From IMG/VR virus record IMGVR_UViG_3300027573_000779, positions 144,934-208,933 of that record: a stretch of DNA of 64,000 nt. The stretch is one strand, 5' to 3'. Shown in pieces: positions 35,133 through 44,564 of this stretch (the stretch's first letter is position 1; each line of letters starts with the position of its first letter). A program made the translations under genes and the position numbers. The notes beneath the pieces were generated by a model. The model was not told where the DNA came from. It did not search any database and saw only the letters and a program-made list of their open reading frames with translations.

Positions 35133-36128
35133 TTAATAGTCCTGATTTAAAATCTTGACCGACAGTGATTTACCAAGAATTGGGGAATATTTGGGCGTTA
35201 TTGGTCGCAAAACAATCCCCTCTGCCTTGCGCTCTTGTCCTGTAGATGTGAGATAAATAGCCTTGTTAGCTTCTTCCTGAAGCCGCGCCATGGTCCAAGT
35301 ATCATCAAATGTAAAAGGTTCACTAACAGGAATAACCACAGGAATTTGCAATTGGTTGCATAACTCATTTATTTCCTGCCAGTTATACCATTTGCCAGTA
35401 TCAAATTCTTTAACATTAAAGACAAACATCTGAAAACTGTTCAGGCCCAATGGGTTACCTTGAATTTTGCCCCCGCAAGCCTCTGCTTGAATAGCAATGT
35501 TTTTACCCAACTCTTTAAGCTTAGAAGTTAGATTATATTGGTCTGCAATCTTCCAAAAGCCGGTCCCTTCTTTTTGCTCCAGCCGCCGACTGCAAACGCG
35601 AACTTCACCGTTTTCATAAATCACAGTCATTGAAGAACCGTCAGCTTTGATAGTTAAATAACAAAGTTCATTCCTAAACTCTTCTAAAATCTCTGGATAG
35701 TTTTGAATGTTTTCTTCGTCTGTAATTGAGATTAAATGAGTAGGAAAAGAACCCTTGGCGTCTCCATTAACAGAAGAATCAATAGGTTTGTCGTATTTTA
35801 AAATACCTAAAGCTTCCGAAACGTCCGAACCTTCTTCAACCTGATAGTTATAGCTTGGAATGATAGTTAAAGGGCAAACTAAACCCTGAGAAGGAGAGCC
35901 GCGAAACTTGGCGTTCCAGACACGATATTTTTGCCTTTCTAAAAAACTAAAATAAGAATTCGCGCTAGGAACAATAGAGTCAATACGAATAAACACCACT
36001 AAATCGCCGTTTTTATATTCTCCCTTCTTAACCACAACAGGCCATTCTTTAATTTTGGCGACTTCAAGAGAGTCGGCGTTGAAATGTGGTTGGACGCTAT
36101 GAATTCGTTCAATTGTGGCTAATTTCAT
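35133..36128 (-). CDS. ATP-dependent RNA ligase (Rnl2/DRB0094-like)
   Basis: N-terminal LATIERI...HFNADSLE; TDEENIQN; motif I KADGSS; CSRR; QAE..G..IQGN; EGIV; KILN. Confidence 0.92.
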   Translation of the reverse strand: MKLATIERIHSVQPHFNADSLEVAKIKEWPVVVKKGEYKNGDLVVFIRIDSIVPSANSYFSFLERQKYRVWNAKFRGSPSQGLVCPLTIIPSYNYQVEEGSDVSEALGILKYDKPIDSSVNGDAKGSFPTHLISITDEENIQNYPEILEEFRNELCYLTIKADGSSMTVIYENGEVRVCSRRLEQKEGTGFWKIADQYNLTSKLKELGKNIAIQAEACGGKIQGNPLGLNSFQMFVFNVKEFDTGKWYNWQEINELCNQLQIPVVIPVSEPFTFDDTWTMARLQEEANKAIYLTSTGQERKAEGIVLRPITPKYSPILGKSLSVKILNQDY

Positions 36129-36138
36129 TTTAAAAGGT

Positions 36139-36174
36139 ACCCACTAGCGAACTGGCTAGTGGGTGGTTTTTTTT
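36139..36174. terminator. Strong hairpin / terminator
   Basis: ACCCACTAGC-N6-GCTAGTGGGT followed by a T-run on +. Confidence 0.55.
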
Positions 36175-37018
36175 ACCTTTACTTAACAAGCCTGCAAACC
36201 AACAAACAGGTTAATTTGCAGCGTCTTCCCCGAAGACATTTTAATGATATCAAGCCTTTCTAAAAAGTCAATCTCTCAAGTGCCGAGGGGCTAAGTTTTC
36301 GCTAAGTGCGCCGCAAGGCTAATCTTTTTGGTGAACTTTAAATGCTAGTATCTTAGTGGGGTTTGGACAACGCCAACCGTCAGTAATACACTCATATCCA
36401 AGAGTCCTCAGAACTGTTCTAAAAGTATTTGTTTCACTTAATGATAGTTCTACCGCATCGCCCACATTCATTGTGTTCGCTAAAGTAATGAGATTCTTTA
36501 AGGTTTGTTCTCTTGAACCCCTTCCTTTAGGAATGGGTAAATTTTTATGTATCGTAAAACTTTTAACCATTCGTTTTATGGTAAAGGTAACATTTTACTT
36601 GGGATTAGCCTAAATCTATCTTTTTTGTTTTTGCTTTGAATATATCTTTTAATATCATCGTGTCTTCCATAAATACCCCTTTCAGAGTATTGATAAGGCT
36701 CCCATGCACCGTATCCATCCCAATCGGTACAAAACTCAATTACTATCTGAAAAACGGGCGCTTTTAAGTGAACCCATTTTCCTAGCTTAGAATCATAAAC
36801 ATGTACTCCAGCATTATCATAATATTTTTTGCGCTCTATTTCTTTATAGGTTGTGCCGCCTTTATTGCCACATTTCGGACAATATTCCCAAGGGTCTTCA
36901 ATATTTAAAGTAAACTGTTTATGGCAGCTTAAGCATTTAAAACGAGCATAATGGCCATCTCCATGGTCTTCTTGCCATTTGGGACTAATTTGTAATAAAG
37001 TTCTCATACAGGGCTATT

Positions 37019-37243
37019 TTATTTTTGGTCCCAAACTTGGTCCTCAACTTGGTCCCAAACTTGGCCCTGAACTTGGTCCCAAACTTGGTCCCGAACTTGG
37101 TCCCGAACTTGGTCCCGAACTTGGTCCCGAACTTGGTCCCGAACTTGGTCCCAAACTTGGTCCCAAACTTGGTCCCAAACTTGGTCCCGAACTTGGTCCC
37201 GAACTTGGTCCCAAACTTGGTCCTCAACTTGACCCTCAATCAT
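37019..37243 (-). CDS. Archetypal QVWD-repeat protein, 17 x (Q-V-[WRE]-D)
   Basis: MIEG(QVxD)17QK; same frame and strand as all diverged paralogs. Confidence 0.8.
   Translation of the reverse strand: MIEGQVEDQVWDQVRDQVRDQVWDQVWDQVWDQVRDQVRDQVRDQVRDQVRDQVWDQVQGQVWDQVEDQVWDQK
37025..37233. repeat. 12-bp tandem array, 17 copies (+ strand AACTTGGTCCC[A/G])
   Basis: Direct reading. Confidence 0.97.
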
Positions 37244-37256
37244 AAAGATTTAGTTT

Positions 37257-37382
37257 TTAATTCCTCAACTTGCCAATAAACTTGGTCTTTAATTTGTTAC
37301 CATTAACTTGGTTCCAAACTTGGTCCCCAACTTGGTTCCGAACTTGGCCCCAAACTTGGCCCCAAACTTGGTCCGCGTTCAT
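37257..37382 (-). pseudogene. Frameshifted QVWD-repeat gene (not in track)
   Basis: MNADQVWGQVWGQVRNQVGDQVWNQV, then a frame change; QIKDQVYWQVEE continues in another frame. Confidence 0.6.
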
Positions 37383-37389
37383 AAAAGAA

Positions 37390-37411
37390 GGGTAGCCCCG
37401 CAAGGCTACCC
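37390..37411 (-). terminator. Hairpin/terminator after DUF932 gene
   Basis: GGGTAGCC-N6-GGCTACCC. Confidence 0.6.
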
Positions 37412-37420
37412 CAAATTAAC

Positions 37421-38425
37421 CTAATTTTTTGGCAAGGTTAAGTCCTGTAGGAGTAAATCAGTAGCCCTCTGTTTGAGATTAGCTCCAGTACCAAGTAGCG
37501 CCGATTCAAACTTTGCTTCCTGTCTATTAGCTCCTTCTTCTGCTCTGGTGCTTCTTTTTTGGTCAACAAATTCAGTTATACTGTTTAGGTAATCATACCT
37601 TGTCTCGCCTACATTCCCTGTGCCACGCTGAAAAAGTTCTGTTACCTGCTCTCGAATATTCTCAGTTCTTGAGCTACATTCATAAAGTCCAGTTTCCTTA
37701 TTCAATTTCCCCGGAAACAAGGTTTCATTGTACCTAACTACCTCTTCTTCATTGCATTTCTGGTCTTTGAGCATTTTCAAGACTAGCTCCAGCCGCCCAA
37801 AATAACCATAAGCAATTCCGAGCGCCCTTTGAACTTCCTCTTTGTGACTCTTAAAACTTTTGGTATGGCGCATCTTAACCTGATTCTTTGCGCCTTTTAG
37901 GGCTGCATTAAGGGTGTTTTGACAGACTACCCGCACCGCTACATTCTGCATCCATACTGAGTGCGTACCATCGTGGCTTGAAATCATCAAAATCCACTTG
38001 TCCATCTTATCGCTAGGGTCAATATACATGGTTTCTGGCAGCTTGGCCATAATCCAGATTTTGCGCCCCTCTCTTAAAGACCCCGCAGTCTCATAAACTG
38101 CCTGACCTTCAGAAATAACCGAATCAAAAAATTCAAAAGCTTCCTCGTTTTGGACTGGCGTATATCGATTACCTACCACTCCCAGTTTAACCCCATTGTC
38201 CTCCCTTACAACAGCTTTATAATCTTCAAATTCAGAAAGACCACTCTCTGTCTGAATAAAAATTGGCTCTTTGCGAACCCTCCAATCCAAATGCGCCAAT
38301 TGGATTGCTTCTTTGGCTGTAACTGTTCCTTTGACAACGCTTCCCAATGAATGCCAAGGAACTATATTATTACCGCTAAAAGTTTCCGCAGTGCCGTCTT
38401 CTCTAATTGTTATTTCGTGTGACAT
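37421..38425 (-). CDS. DUF932 family phage/plasmid protein
   Basis: PWHSLG, LDW.V, Y.PVQN.EAF.FF, ETAGSL..G..IW, SHDG, RVVCQNTL, RHT. Confidence 0.9.
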   Translation of the reverse strand: MSHEITIREDGTAETFSGNNIVPWHSLGSVVKGTVTAKEAIQLAHLDWRVRKEPIFIQTESGLSEFEDYKAVVREDNGVKLGVVGNRYTPVQNEEAFEFFDSVISEGQAVYETAGSLREGRKIWIMAKLPETMYIDPSDKMDKWILMISSHDGTHSVWMQNVAVRVVCQNTLNAALKGAKNQVKMRHTKSFKSHKEEVQRALGIAYGYFGRLELVLKMLKDQKCNEEEVVRYNETLFPGKLNKETGLYECSSRTENIREQVTELFQRGTGNVGETRYDYLNSITEFVDQKRSTRAEEGANRQEAKFESALLGTGANLKQRATDLLLQDLTLPKN

Positions 38426-38913
38426 ATTGTTTTACAAGTTTGTTTATCTGTCTACAGCATAACAAATCTTTTTAAACCGTCAACAGGTTTCTTTTGAAAG
38501 TCTCCCCACTGCTTTTTCAAGTGCAACCATCTTAACCTCAAGTGGTTGCCCAGTCAAAAAAGCAACCAAAAGAGATTGAGACAAATCTTCTATTATCACA
38601 TCAGCCTCTTTTGGAGGAGTAGTACGAGTTTGTGTCCTAATTTTAGACAGGCAGTTCTTCATTGTTTCTTTATAAAAATTACGCTCTCTTCAAGCCCGAA
38701 AGCCCAAAGAAAATTATTCCAACCTCTGTGTCCTAGTCCGCGCATTTTCCAGACTATTCTTTTAGTATCATGAGCATTTTTGATTAACCAGTCTTGTTTT
38801 TGTTCTCTAGACCAGTTAACGTTGTATATTTCATCCACAGGAAAGAATCTTGTGTTGTCAGCTAAAAAATCTTCAATTTCTGGTAAATTTGGCATTGCTC
38901 AAGCGCCGCAAGG

Positions 38914-39102
38914 CTAGTTTATTTTTAGGTCTCTAACTTGGTCCCAAATTTGTCCCACAACTTGGCTTCTAAATTGGTCCTGTATTTGGCTTTGGCCCCA
39001 AATTTGTTTCTTGGTTTCATGCCCAACTTGGTCCCAAATTTCGCTCCAAATTTGGTCCCAAACTTGGTCCCGAACTTGTCTTTTTATTAAATTACTATTC
39101 AT
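38914..39102 (-). CDS. QVWD-repeat mini-protein
   Basis: [20 protein letters not shown]. Confidence 0.8.
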   Translation of the reverse strand: MNSNLIKRQVRDQVWDQIWSEIWDQVGHETKKQIWGQSQIQDQFRSQVVGQIWDQVRDLKIN

Positions 39103-39395
39103 TCAAATAATCATCGGGATTAACTTCTTCGCCAACATCGTCTTCTTCAGTTAAAGGAGAACCACAAATAGCACAAATTTCTTCTAAAAGCGAATAGCTG
39201 CTATGCGCTCCGCCATCTCCCTCTTGAACCAATACTTCAACCAGTTTATAGACGCGCCAATTGACTAACTCTGCTAATACTGGCAAGTCTTCCTTGGTAG
39301 GAGGCCAACAAGAGGCGCAAAGGTCTAAATGTTGGTCGTTAAGTCTTATTCTAGGCATCTCTCAAGCGCCGAGGGGCTAAGTTTTCGCCGCAGGG

Positions 39396-40764
39396 CTAGT
39401 TTATTTTTATGTTCCAAATGTGTTCCACAACTTGGCCTTCTACTTCTTCCCCAACTTCTTCCCAAACTTGGCCCCAAACTTGTTCAAAAACCTGTTCCCA
39501 AACTTGACCTTCTACTTGGTCCCAAATTTGTTCCCCAATATGGTTATGAACTTGGCTCCTAATTTGGTCATCAATTTGCTTCCTAATGTTATCTTTCGTC
39601 ATTAACGCGCCGATTTAAATTCTGGTATTTCCATCCAATGCGCCCGAACTGAAGGTAAAGCTATTGTACTCGTATAAGTTAAATCATTGTCCGTCATAAC
39701 AATAATTTTTGTGCCTTGCTGCTCCCATCTTCCAGTAATTTGCTGCCATCCCTCTTTCCGTTTAAGAGACCAAAGAACGGTGGTTTTTTGTGGAGGTTTC
39801 TCTTTCTCGAAATTCTTCCAAATCATAAAAACGATGATAATAAAAGTTTTTAAAATGTCAATGCTCAAGCGCCGCAGGGCTTAAGCCCTTTTTTTAAAAC
39901 GCCGAGGGGCTAAGCGCCATAGGGGGTTCTGTGTTCCAAGCTTGGTGCCAAATTTGGTTTTCTACTTGGCTCCCAATCTGTTCCCAAACTTGGTCCCAAA
40001 TCTGTTCCCAAACTTGGCCCCAAACTTGGCCTTCTATTTGGTTCCAAATTTGGTCCCCAATATGGTGGTCCCCAATATGGTCCCTAACTTGGTCCATAAC
40101 TTGGTTCTGAATGTTGTCTCTTGTCATGTTCTTAAGGAGGGCTAGGTTTCACTAAAACATTTATTTGAAATTTGTATCATAACTTCATGCCGTAATTGGT
40201 TCCAGTGTTCCTGACCTTGGTAAACTTGGTCCCCAACTTGGTTCCAAACTGCTTGGTTCCCAACTAGGTTTTGAATACTCTTAAAAGTTTGCCCCAAAAC
40301 GCCATTATATAACTGATGATGTAACTGATTCTCAATCTTATTTCTAGTCATGTGTCTCTAAAACTTGGTCCCCAACTTGGGTCCTAACTTGGTTCCGAAT
40401 TTCTTCTAAAGATGGATGTAAAAAACGTCGCCCCCAAAGTAACGGGTGCGAAGTCGGGTCTTGGATTTGATTATAAATTTGCTTCAAAATTTGGTCCCAA
40501 GTTTGGCCCCAAACTTTTGCGAACACCTGACTCTTAATCTCATCTTTGGTCATGTTTTTAGTAAATTTTGCTGCACCGAAAAACTTGGTACAAAATTTCA
40601 TTTTTAATTTCATACCTTATTTGTGGGTCCCAATAATCCTGAATTTGGTTATGAACCTGCTTGCTAATTTGGTTGCCAGCTTGGTTGAACAACGGTCTTA
40701 CAACAAGTTCCGAAGTTTGACCCCGAACAAAAGCATCCTGATTCTCAATCTTATCTTGGGTCAT
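39396..40764 (-). CDS. Cluster of five QVWD-repeat paralogs (40558..40764, 40344..~40553, 40142..40351, 39894..40127, 39396..39602) interrupted by one unrelated ORF
   Basis: Shared N-termini MTQDKIENQ, MTKDEIKSQ, MTRNKIENQ, MTRDNIQNQ, MTKDNIRKQ. Confidence 0.8.
39861..39918 (-). repeat. Stacked junction elements fused to a promoter -35 box; block duplicated at 44097-44167
   Basis: taaaatgtcaatgctc..gccgcagggcttaa..cttttttt..aaacgccg.aggggcta at both sites. Confidence 0.8.
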
Positions 40765-41488
40765 ATTTTATTAAAAAAGGTAAATACAATTTAATACAAA
40801 TCTCAGTAGCCACTTTTTCATCAAAACAATATGTAATCGTTCGTTTTTCAAAAGCTTTGTCTAATTCTTTTTCAGCTTCATCTACTTGTTTGTTTAAATC
40901 TTCTTTTTTGTAATTAGCTGGATTAGTTTTAATATCTATTAACCGCGCCGCAAAATCAGGGTTATATTTTTTGACATTAACGGGAAAAATCCCGTCAGTA
41001 AAAAAATACTTACCAGCCCAAGCAAGCCTAAATAATTGCACCGCATTCTTAAAAGAATAGCCAAACTCTTCTACCGCCTTGTGCCGCTTTGAACCTAAAA
41101 GCCCAGTCCGCTCGCCGTTCATCAATCTTCTTTCCCCAAACATGTAGCCTTTTAAAGATTTATATAAATGTTTACTATCAAGCAAAGAAAATTTATGAGT
41201 AAGGATTAACGCCCATTCTGGAGAGGGTTTAAAATTCGGCGCTTCATCTGTAAAAAGCAATTCTAAAGCCTGAGTGTTAGTCTTTCTTAAGCTGGATAAA
41301 AAATGTCGAAGCTCAAAAAGAAAAGTATCATCATTTTCTTTTTTAATATCCTGATGGTCGAACCTTTGGAGACCAATAATCTTTTCGGGTTCTTCGTTTA
41401 AAAAACAACCCCTAGCGTCCAAGTCGGACGCTGGAGTATTTAAACCGTAAGCATGACTTCCACCAAGAGTTGAGTAAATAATCTTCAT
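40751..41488 (-). CDS. DNA-pol-beta superfamily nucleotidyltransferase (RlaP/YcgL-like)
   Basis: GGSHAYGLNTPASDLDARG, NTQALELLF. Confidence 0.88.
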   Translation of the reverse strand: MKIIYSTLGGSHAYGLNTPASDLDARGCFLNEEPEKIIGLQRFDHQDIKKENDDTFLFELRHFLSSLRKTNTQALELLFTDEAPNFKPSPEWALILTHKFSLLDSKHLYKSLKGYMFGERRLMNGERTGLLGSKRHKAVEEFGYSFKNAVQLFRLAWAGKYFFTDGIFPVNVKKYNPDFAARLIDIKTNPANYKKEDLNKQVDEAEKELDKAFEKRTITYCFDEKVATEICIKLYLPFLIKYDPR

Positions 41489-41769
41489 TTTGCTTCAATC
41501 TCACAGCACCAAGTTTCAAGAGCATCAAGGTTTTCTCCCTTGTAAATTTCTTCCAGTTTATCGAATTCGTTCCTCAACGCCGAATGTAAAATGTCCCCAA
41601 GTTGACCCCAACCTATATCGTCACAGTCTAAAGAGTGTTTGGCATAAGCGCAAAGACAAGCGTGAAGCAACCTGTCGTTTCGCCCATTATGTTCATTTAG
41701 TTTATGGTAATCGGGCTTTATAAGAGCTTGAATTCCCGTCAATAAATCTTTGTTAATTGGTTCCATAAA

Positions 41770-42738
41770 TTATTTAGACAACAGCCTAGGATAGGTTTCT
41801 TTAATTCTATCTAAAATCAGCCGCCCGTTTTCTGTAATTATACGCCCATTTGCCTTCTCAATTTTCATCAAATCGTTCTTTAAGAGATAAATTTCAGCGT
41901 CTCTTTGGACCGCTGTCATGGTCTGTCCCGTCTTAGCCGCCAAAGTGGTTAAAGAAACTCCTGTGCCAGCCTCTAAAATACCCAAAATCTTAACCTCAGA
42001 AGGAAGAAGCCCCAAAGGAAGAATAAACAGTTGCGTCTTAATCTCGTTCCATTCCTTCAAAGATAGAATCCTTCTGTCGTGACTATCCATATAAAGCTTG
42101 ATAGACATAGCTATCTGGAAAGACTGCCGCGCATTACCACGAAAACAATCAGAAATATCTTCTAATGCCTCATCGTGAATTTGATTGGGCGTTATATACT
42201 TGAGAAGTATTTTACCAAGTTGCTCCCGAGTATAGCCTTCTAAATCAACTCGTTCCAGCCTGTTAAGGAAAGCCGCAAAAAGCTTTTGAGGTTCAGATGT
42301 GGCAAATATCCATGTAATCTTCCTCAAGTCAAAAACGTAGTCTTTCCCATTAAACAACAACCTATTTTTATGTTCCTTATTGGGGTTAAGAATAGTCAAC
42401 AACTCTTCCCTCATCATGTCTTTTGGGAGTTCTGCTGCTTCGTCAAAAAATAAGGTGACTTCGTTTTCTATTTTTGGCTGCAAAATTTGAGTCATTAACT
42501 GAAAGAAACTTTTAACACCCCCACAATTAATTATCGTTAGAGGTTTAATTTTGGTAGGGTTACTGGGTGTAATCAATTTACTGCTGAAACTTTCCGACAA
42601 GACTGTCTTGCCATCGCCCTTTGGACCAGTAAATAGAAGAGGGGGAATTATACCACTTCTATAATAGTTTTTTAAAAAGAAGCCAAGTTTTAGCTTGGCT
42701 CCTTCCTGTCCTATAATGTTATCAAACGAAACACTCAT
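41770..42738 (-). CDS. ruvB: RuvB-like AAA+ ATPase
   Basis: FDNIIGQE, GPKGDGKT, FFDEA, ATS, RGNAR, and C-terminal wHTH LTTLAA...EIYLL...GRIIT. Confidence 0.8.
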   Translation of the reverse strand: MSVSFDNIIGQEGAKLKLGFFLKNYYRSGIIPPLLFTGPKGDGKTVLSESFSSKLITPSNPTKIKPLTIINCGGVKSFFQLMTQILQPKIENEVTLFFDEAAELPKDMMREELLTILNPNKEHKNRLLFNGKDYVFDLRKITWIFATSEPQKLFAAFLNRLERVDLEGYTREQLGKILLKYITPNQIHDEALEDISDCFRGNARQSFQIAMSIKLYMDSHDRRILSLKEWNEIKTQLFILPLGLLPSEVKILGILEAGTGVSLTTLAAKTGQTMTAVQRDAEIYLLKNDLMKIEKANGRIITENGRLILDRIKETYPRLLSK

Positions 42739-43176
42739 TCTTTCTTCTCATTCTTTCTCGAAATGAATCTCTGTAGTTTCCAATGGAATATGCGTTATTA
42801 ATGTTTCAAGCTTGGCTGTTATTGGGGTGCCTTTAAGTTTGTTCTGGTCTGCCCATTTGCGCCACACCGGAATTGGATAGTCGGGCTTAAACAGTTTGTT
42901 CAATTCAGACAAAGGCACTTCACAGCAACTCACCGCTCCTGTTTTGCGTCCACTGCCTTCTTTTCTAGGTTTTTTTTCTATCATACATTAATAAAAACAA
43001 TTTCTAAAAGCGTTTCTTTCACAATCCCGCTACGCAAATCAGATTGCGGCCAAAACATTGCATCCATTTGACTTCTAAAACGGTTGTTAACTTGCGCACT
43101 AATTTTGTCAAGAATAAACCATTCAGTTTTTTGAATTTCTACTCCGACGCTGTTGTGAACGCTGTTTTCTACTTTA

Positions 43177-44082
43177 TTAAGCCGCACTGACAAATCGTCC
43201 ATTTTCATCGCGCTTATTGTAATAAGTCACCTTAACCTTACCAAGCTTGTTTTTTTCGCTTGCAAACCTGCCAAAGGAGTCGCGCTTAGGGTTGAAAGCT
43301 TTAAGCCTGTTCCCTGTCACTTTACCAGAATACAGCCTTTCTGTCAAGATGTTGCCATTTTCCCATTTTCCAACCACCGAAACAGGAAGATATCTCCAAG
43401 CTCTGCCTTTGGACTTATTTAAATCTTGCGGGATTGCAACAACATCCATTGGATTAACTTTGACAACAACAACTTTAGTTTTGTTGTTTATAATACCCCC
43501 ATAATAAGGCAAATAGGAATAAGAACAAAAATGTAGCCCATTTGAACAAAGCCTGATTCTGCTTGGGTCTACTTCATTGGGGTCCATTTTGACAATCTTG
43601 CCAATAGCATGTTTCAAATGAGTGCCATCAGGAGACTTGTTATAGGAAGTCATGTCTTCTCTCAGCATCTTATAAGCAAGAAAACACCCGTCATCAGTAA
43701 TAGGCATCTCTCCATTTTCAAGAAAATCGTACAGTTCGTTTCGTGCATCTTCTGAAGGATTTTTATAGAGATTAGCCAAAAACCTCACATAAGGTTCATA
43801 AGGGAAACCTCCTTGGACAAACTGTAAAATGCGCTTAACCAAGGTCCCATGAATTTCCTGTCCGTCATAATAAATCGCGCCGCTGTGGACTTTCACTTTG
43901 CCGTAGCTATGCTTTAGGATAGCGCCGGGAAGGTCCATTGCTTCAATCAGCTTCTTGTAATTCTTCTGTCTGTAAAACTCAAGAGCCTTTTGCCAATTTG
44001 GGTGGGTTGAATTGATGGAGTGCCGTTTACCATCTACCACCACAACCAGCACGTTGCCGTTAAAAATTGCTGAAACGTTCAT
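43177..44082 (-). CDS. rIIB: rIIB-like protein
   Basis: FLANL..NPS...ELYDFL...PITDDGCFLAYK...CSNGLHFCS..Y...VKVNP.DVV.IP.D...K.R. Confidence 0.9.
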   Translation of the reverse strand: MNVSAIFNGNVLVVVVDGKRHSINSTHPNWQKALEFYRQKNYKKLIEAMDLPGAILKHSYGKVKVHSGAIYYDGQEIHGTLVKRILQFVQGGFPYEPYVRFLANLYKNPSEDARNELYDFLENGEMPITDDGCFLAYKMLREDMTSYNKSPDGTHLKHAIGKIVKMDPNEVDPSRIRLCSNGLHFCSYSYLPYYGGIINNKTKVVVVKVNPMDVVAIPQDLNKSKGRAWRYLPVSVVGKWENGNILTERLYSGKVTGNRLKAFNPKRDSFGRFASEKNKLGKVKVTYYNKRDENGRFVSAA

Positions 44083-44164
44083 ATTTTTAATTGTATTAAA
44101 AATTTTTAAAATGTCAATGCTCCAAAGCCGCAGGGCTTAACCTTTTTTTAAAACGCCGGAGGGG

Positions 44165-44564
44165 CTAAAAAATGTCAAAAGTTTGGTCCCAAATACGGTC
44201 CAAAACTTGGTCTGCAACTTCATCTCTAAATTCACTAATGTCCCAAATTATAAGCGCAATCTGGCCCTTCACACTCCCCTCAACTTGGTCCGCTATTTGT
44301 CTTACGAGTGTGTCTTTAATTTTTTGGACCTTGTTATTTACTCTCATAAAAAATCTGGTTCCAATGGTTTAGAAGGTATTCCCAAATTGGGTCTGCAACA
44401 TCCTCAATCGTAAGTGCAATACTGTCTCTTTGGTCCCAAATCAGGTCTCTTACTGACTGCCCAACGTGGCTTACAATTTGGTCAACAAGGTGGTCGTCAG
44501 ATTCATGAATTCGATTTCTAATTTGATAAAGAGTTTCGCTCTCAATTTTGGTTAAATATATCAT
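44165..44564 (-). CDS. Two QVWD-family mini-proteins inserted between rIIA and rIIB
   Basis: QIADQVEG...ADQVLDRIWDQ; VDQIVSHVGQSVRDLIWDQ. Confidence 0.7.

Noticed and set aside
37025-37233. Diversity-generating retroelement template/variable repeats
   Set aside because: No reverse transcriptase in the window, and variation is not adenine-specific (mainly the TGG/CGG/GGG toggle, while the A's of CAA are conserved).
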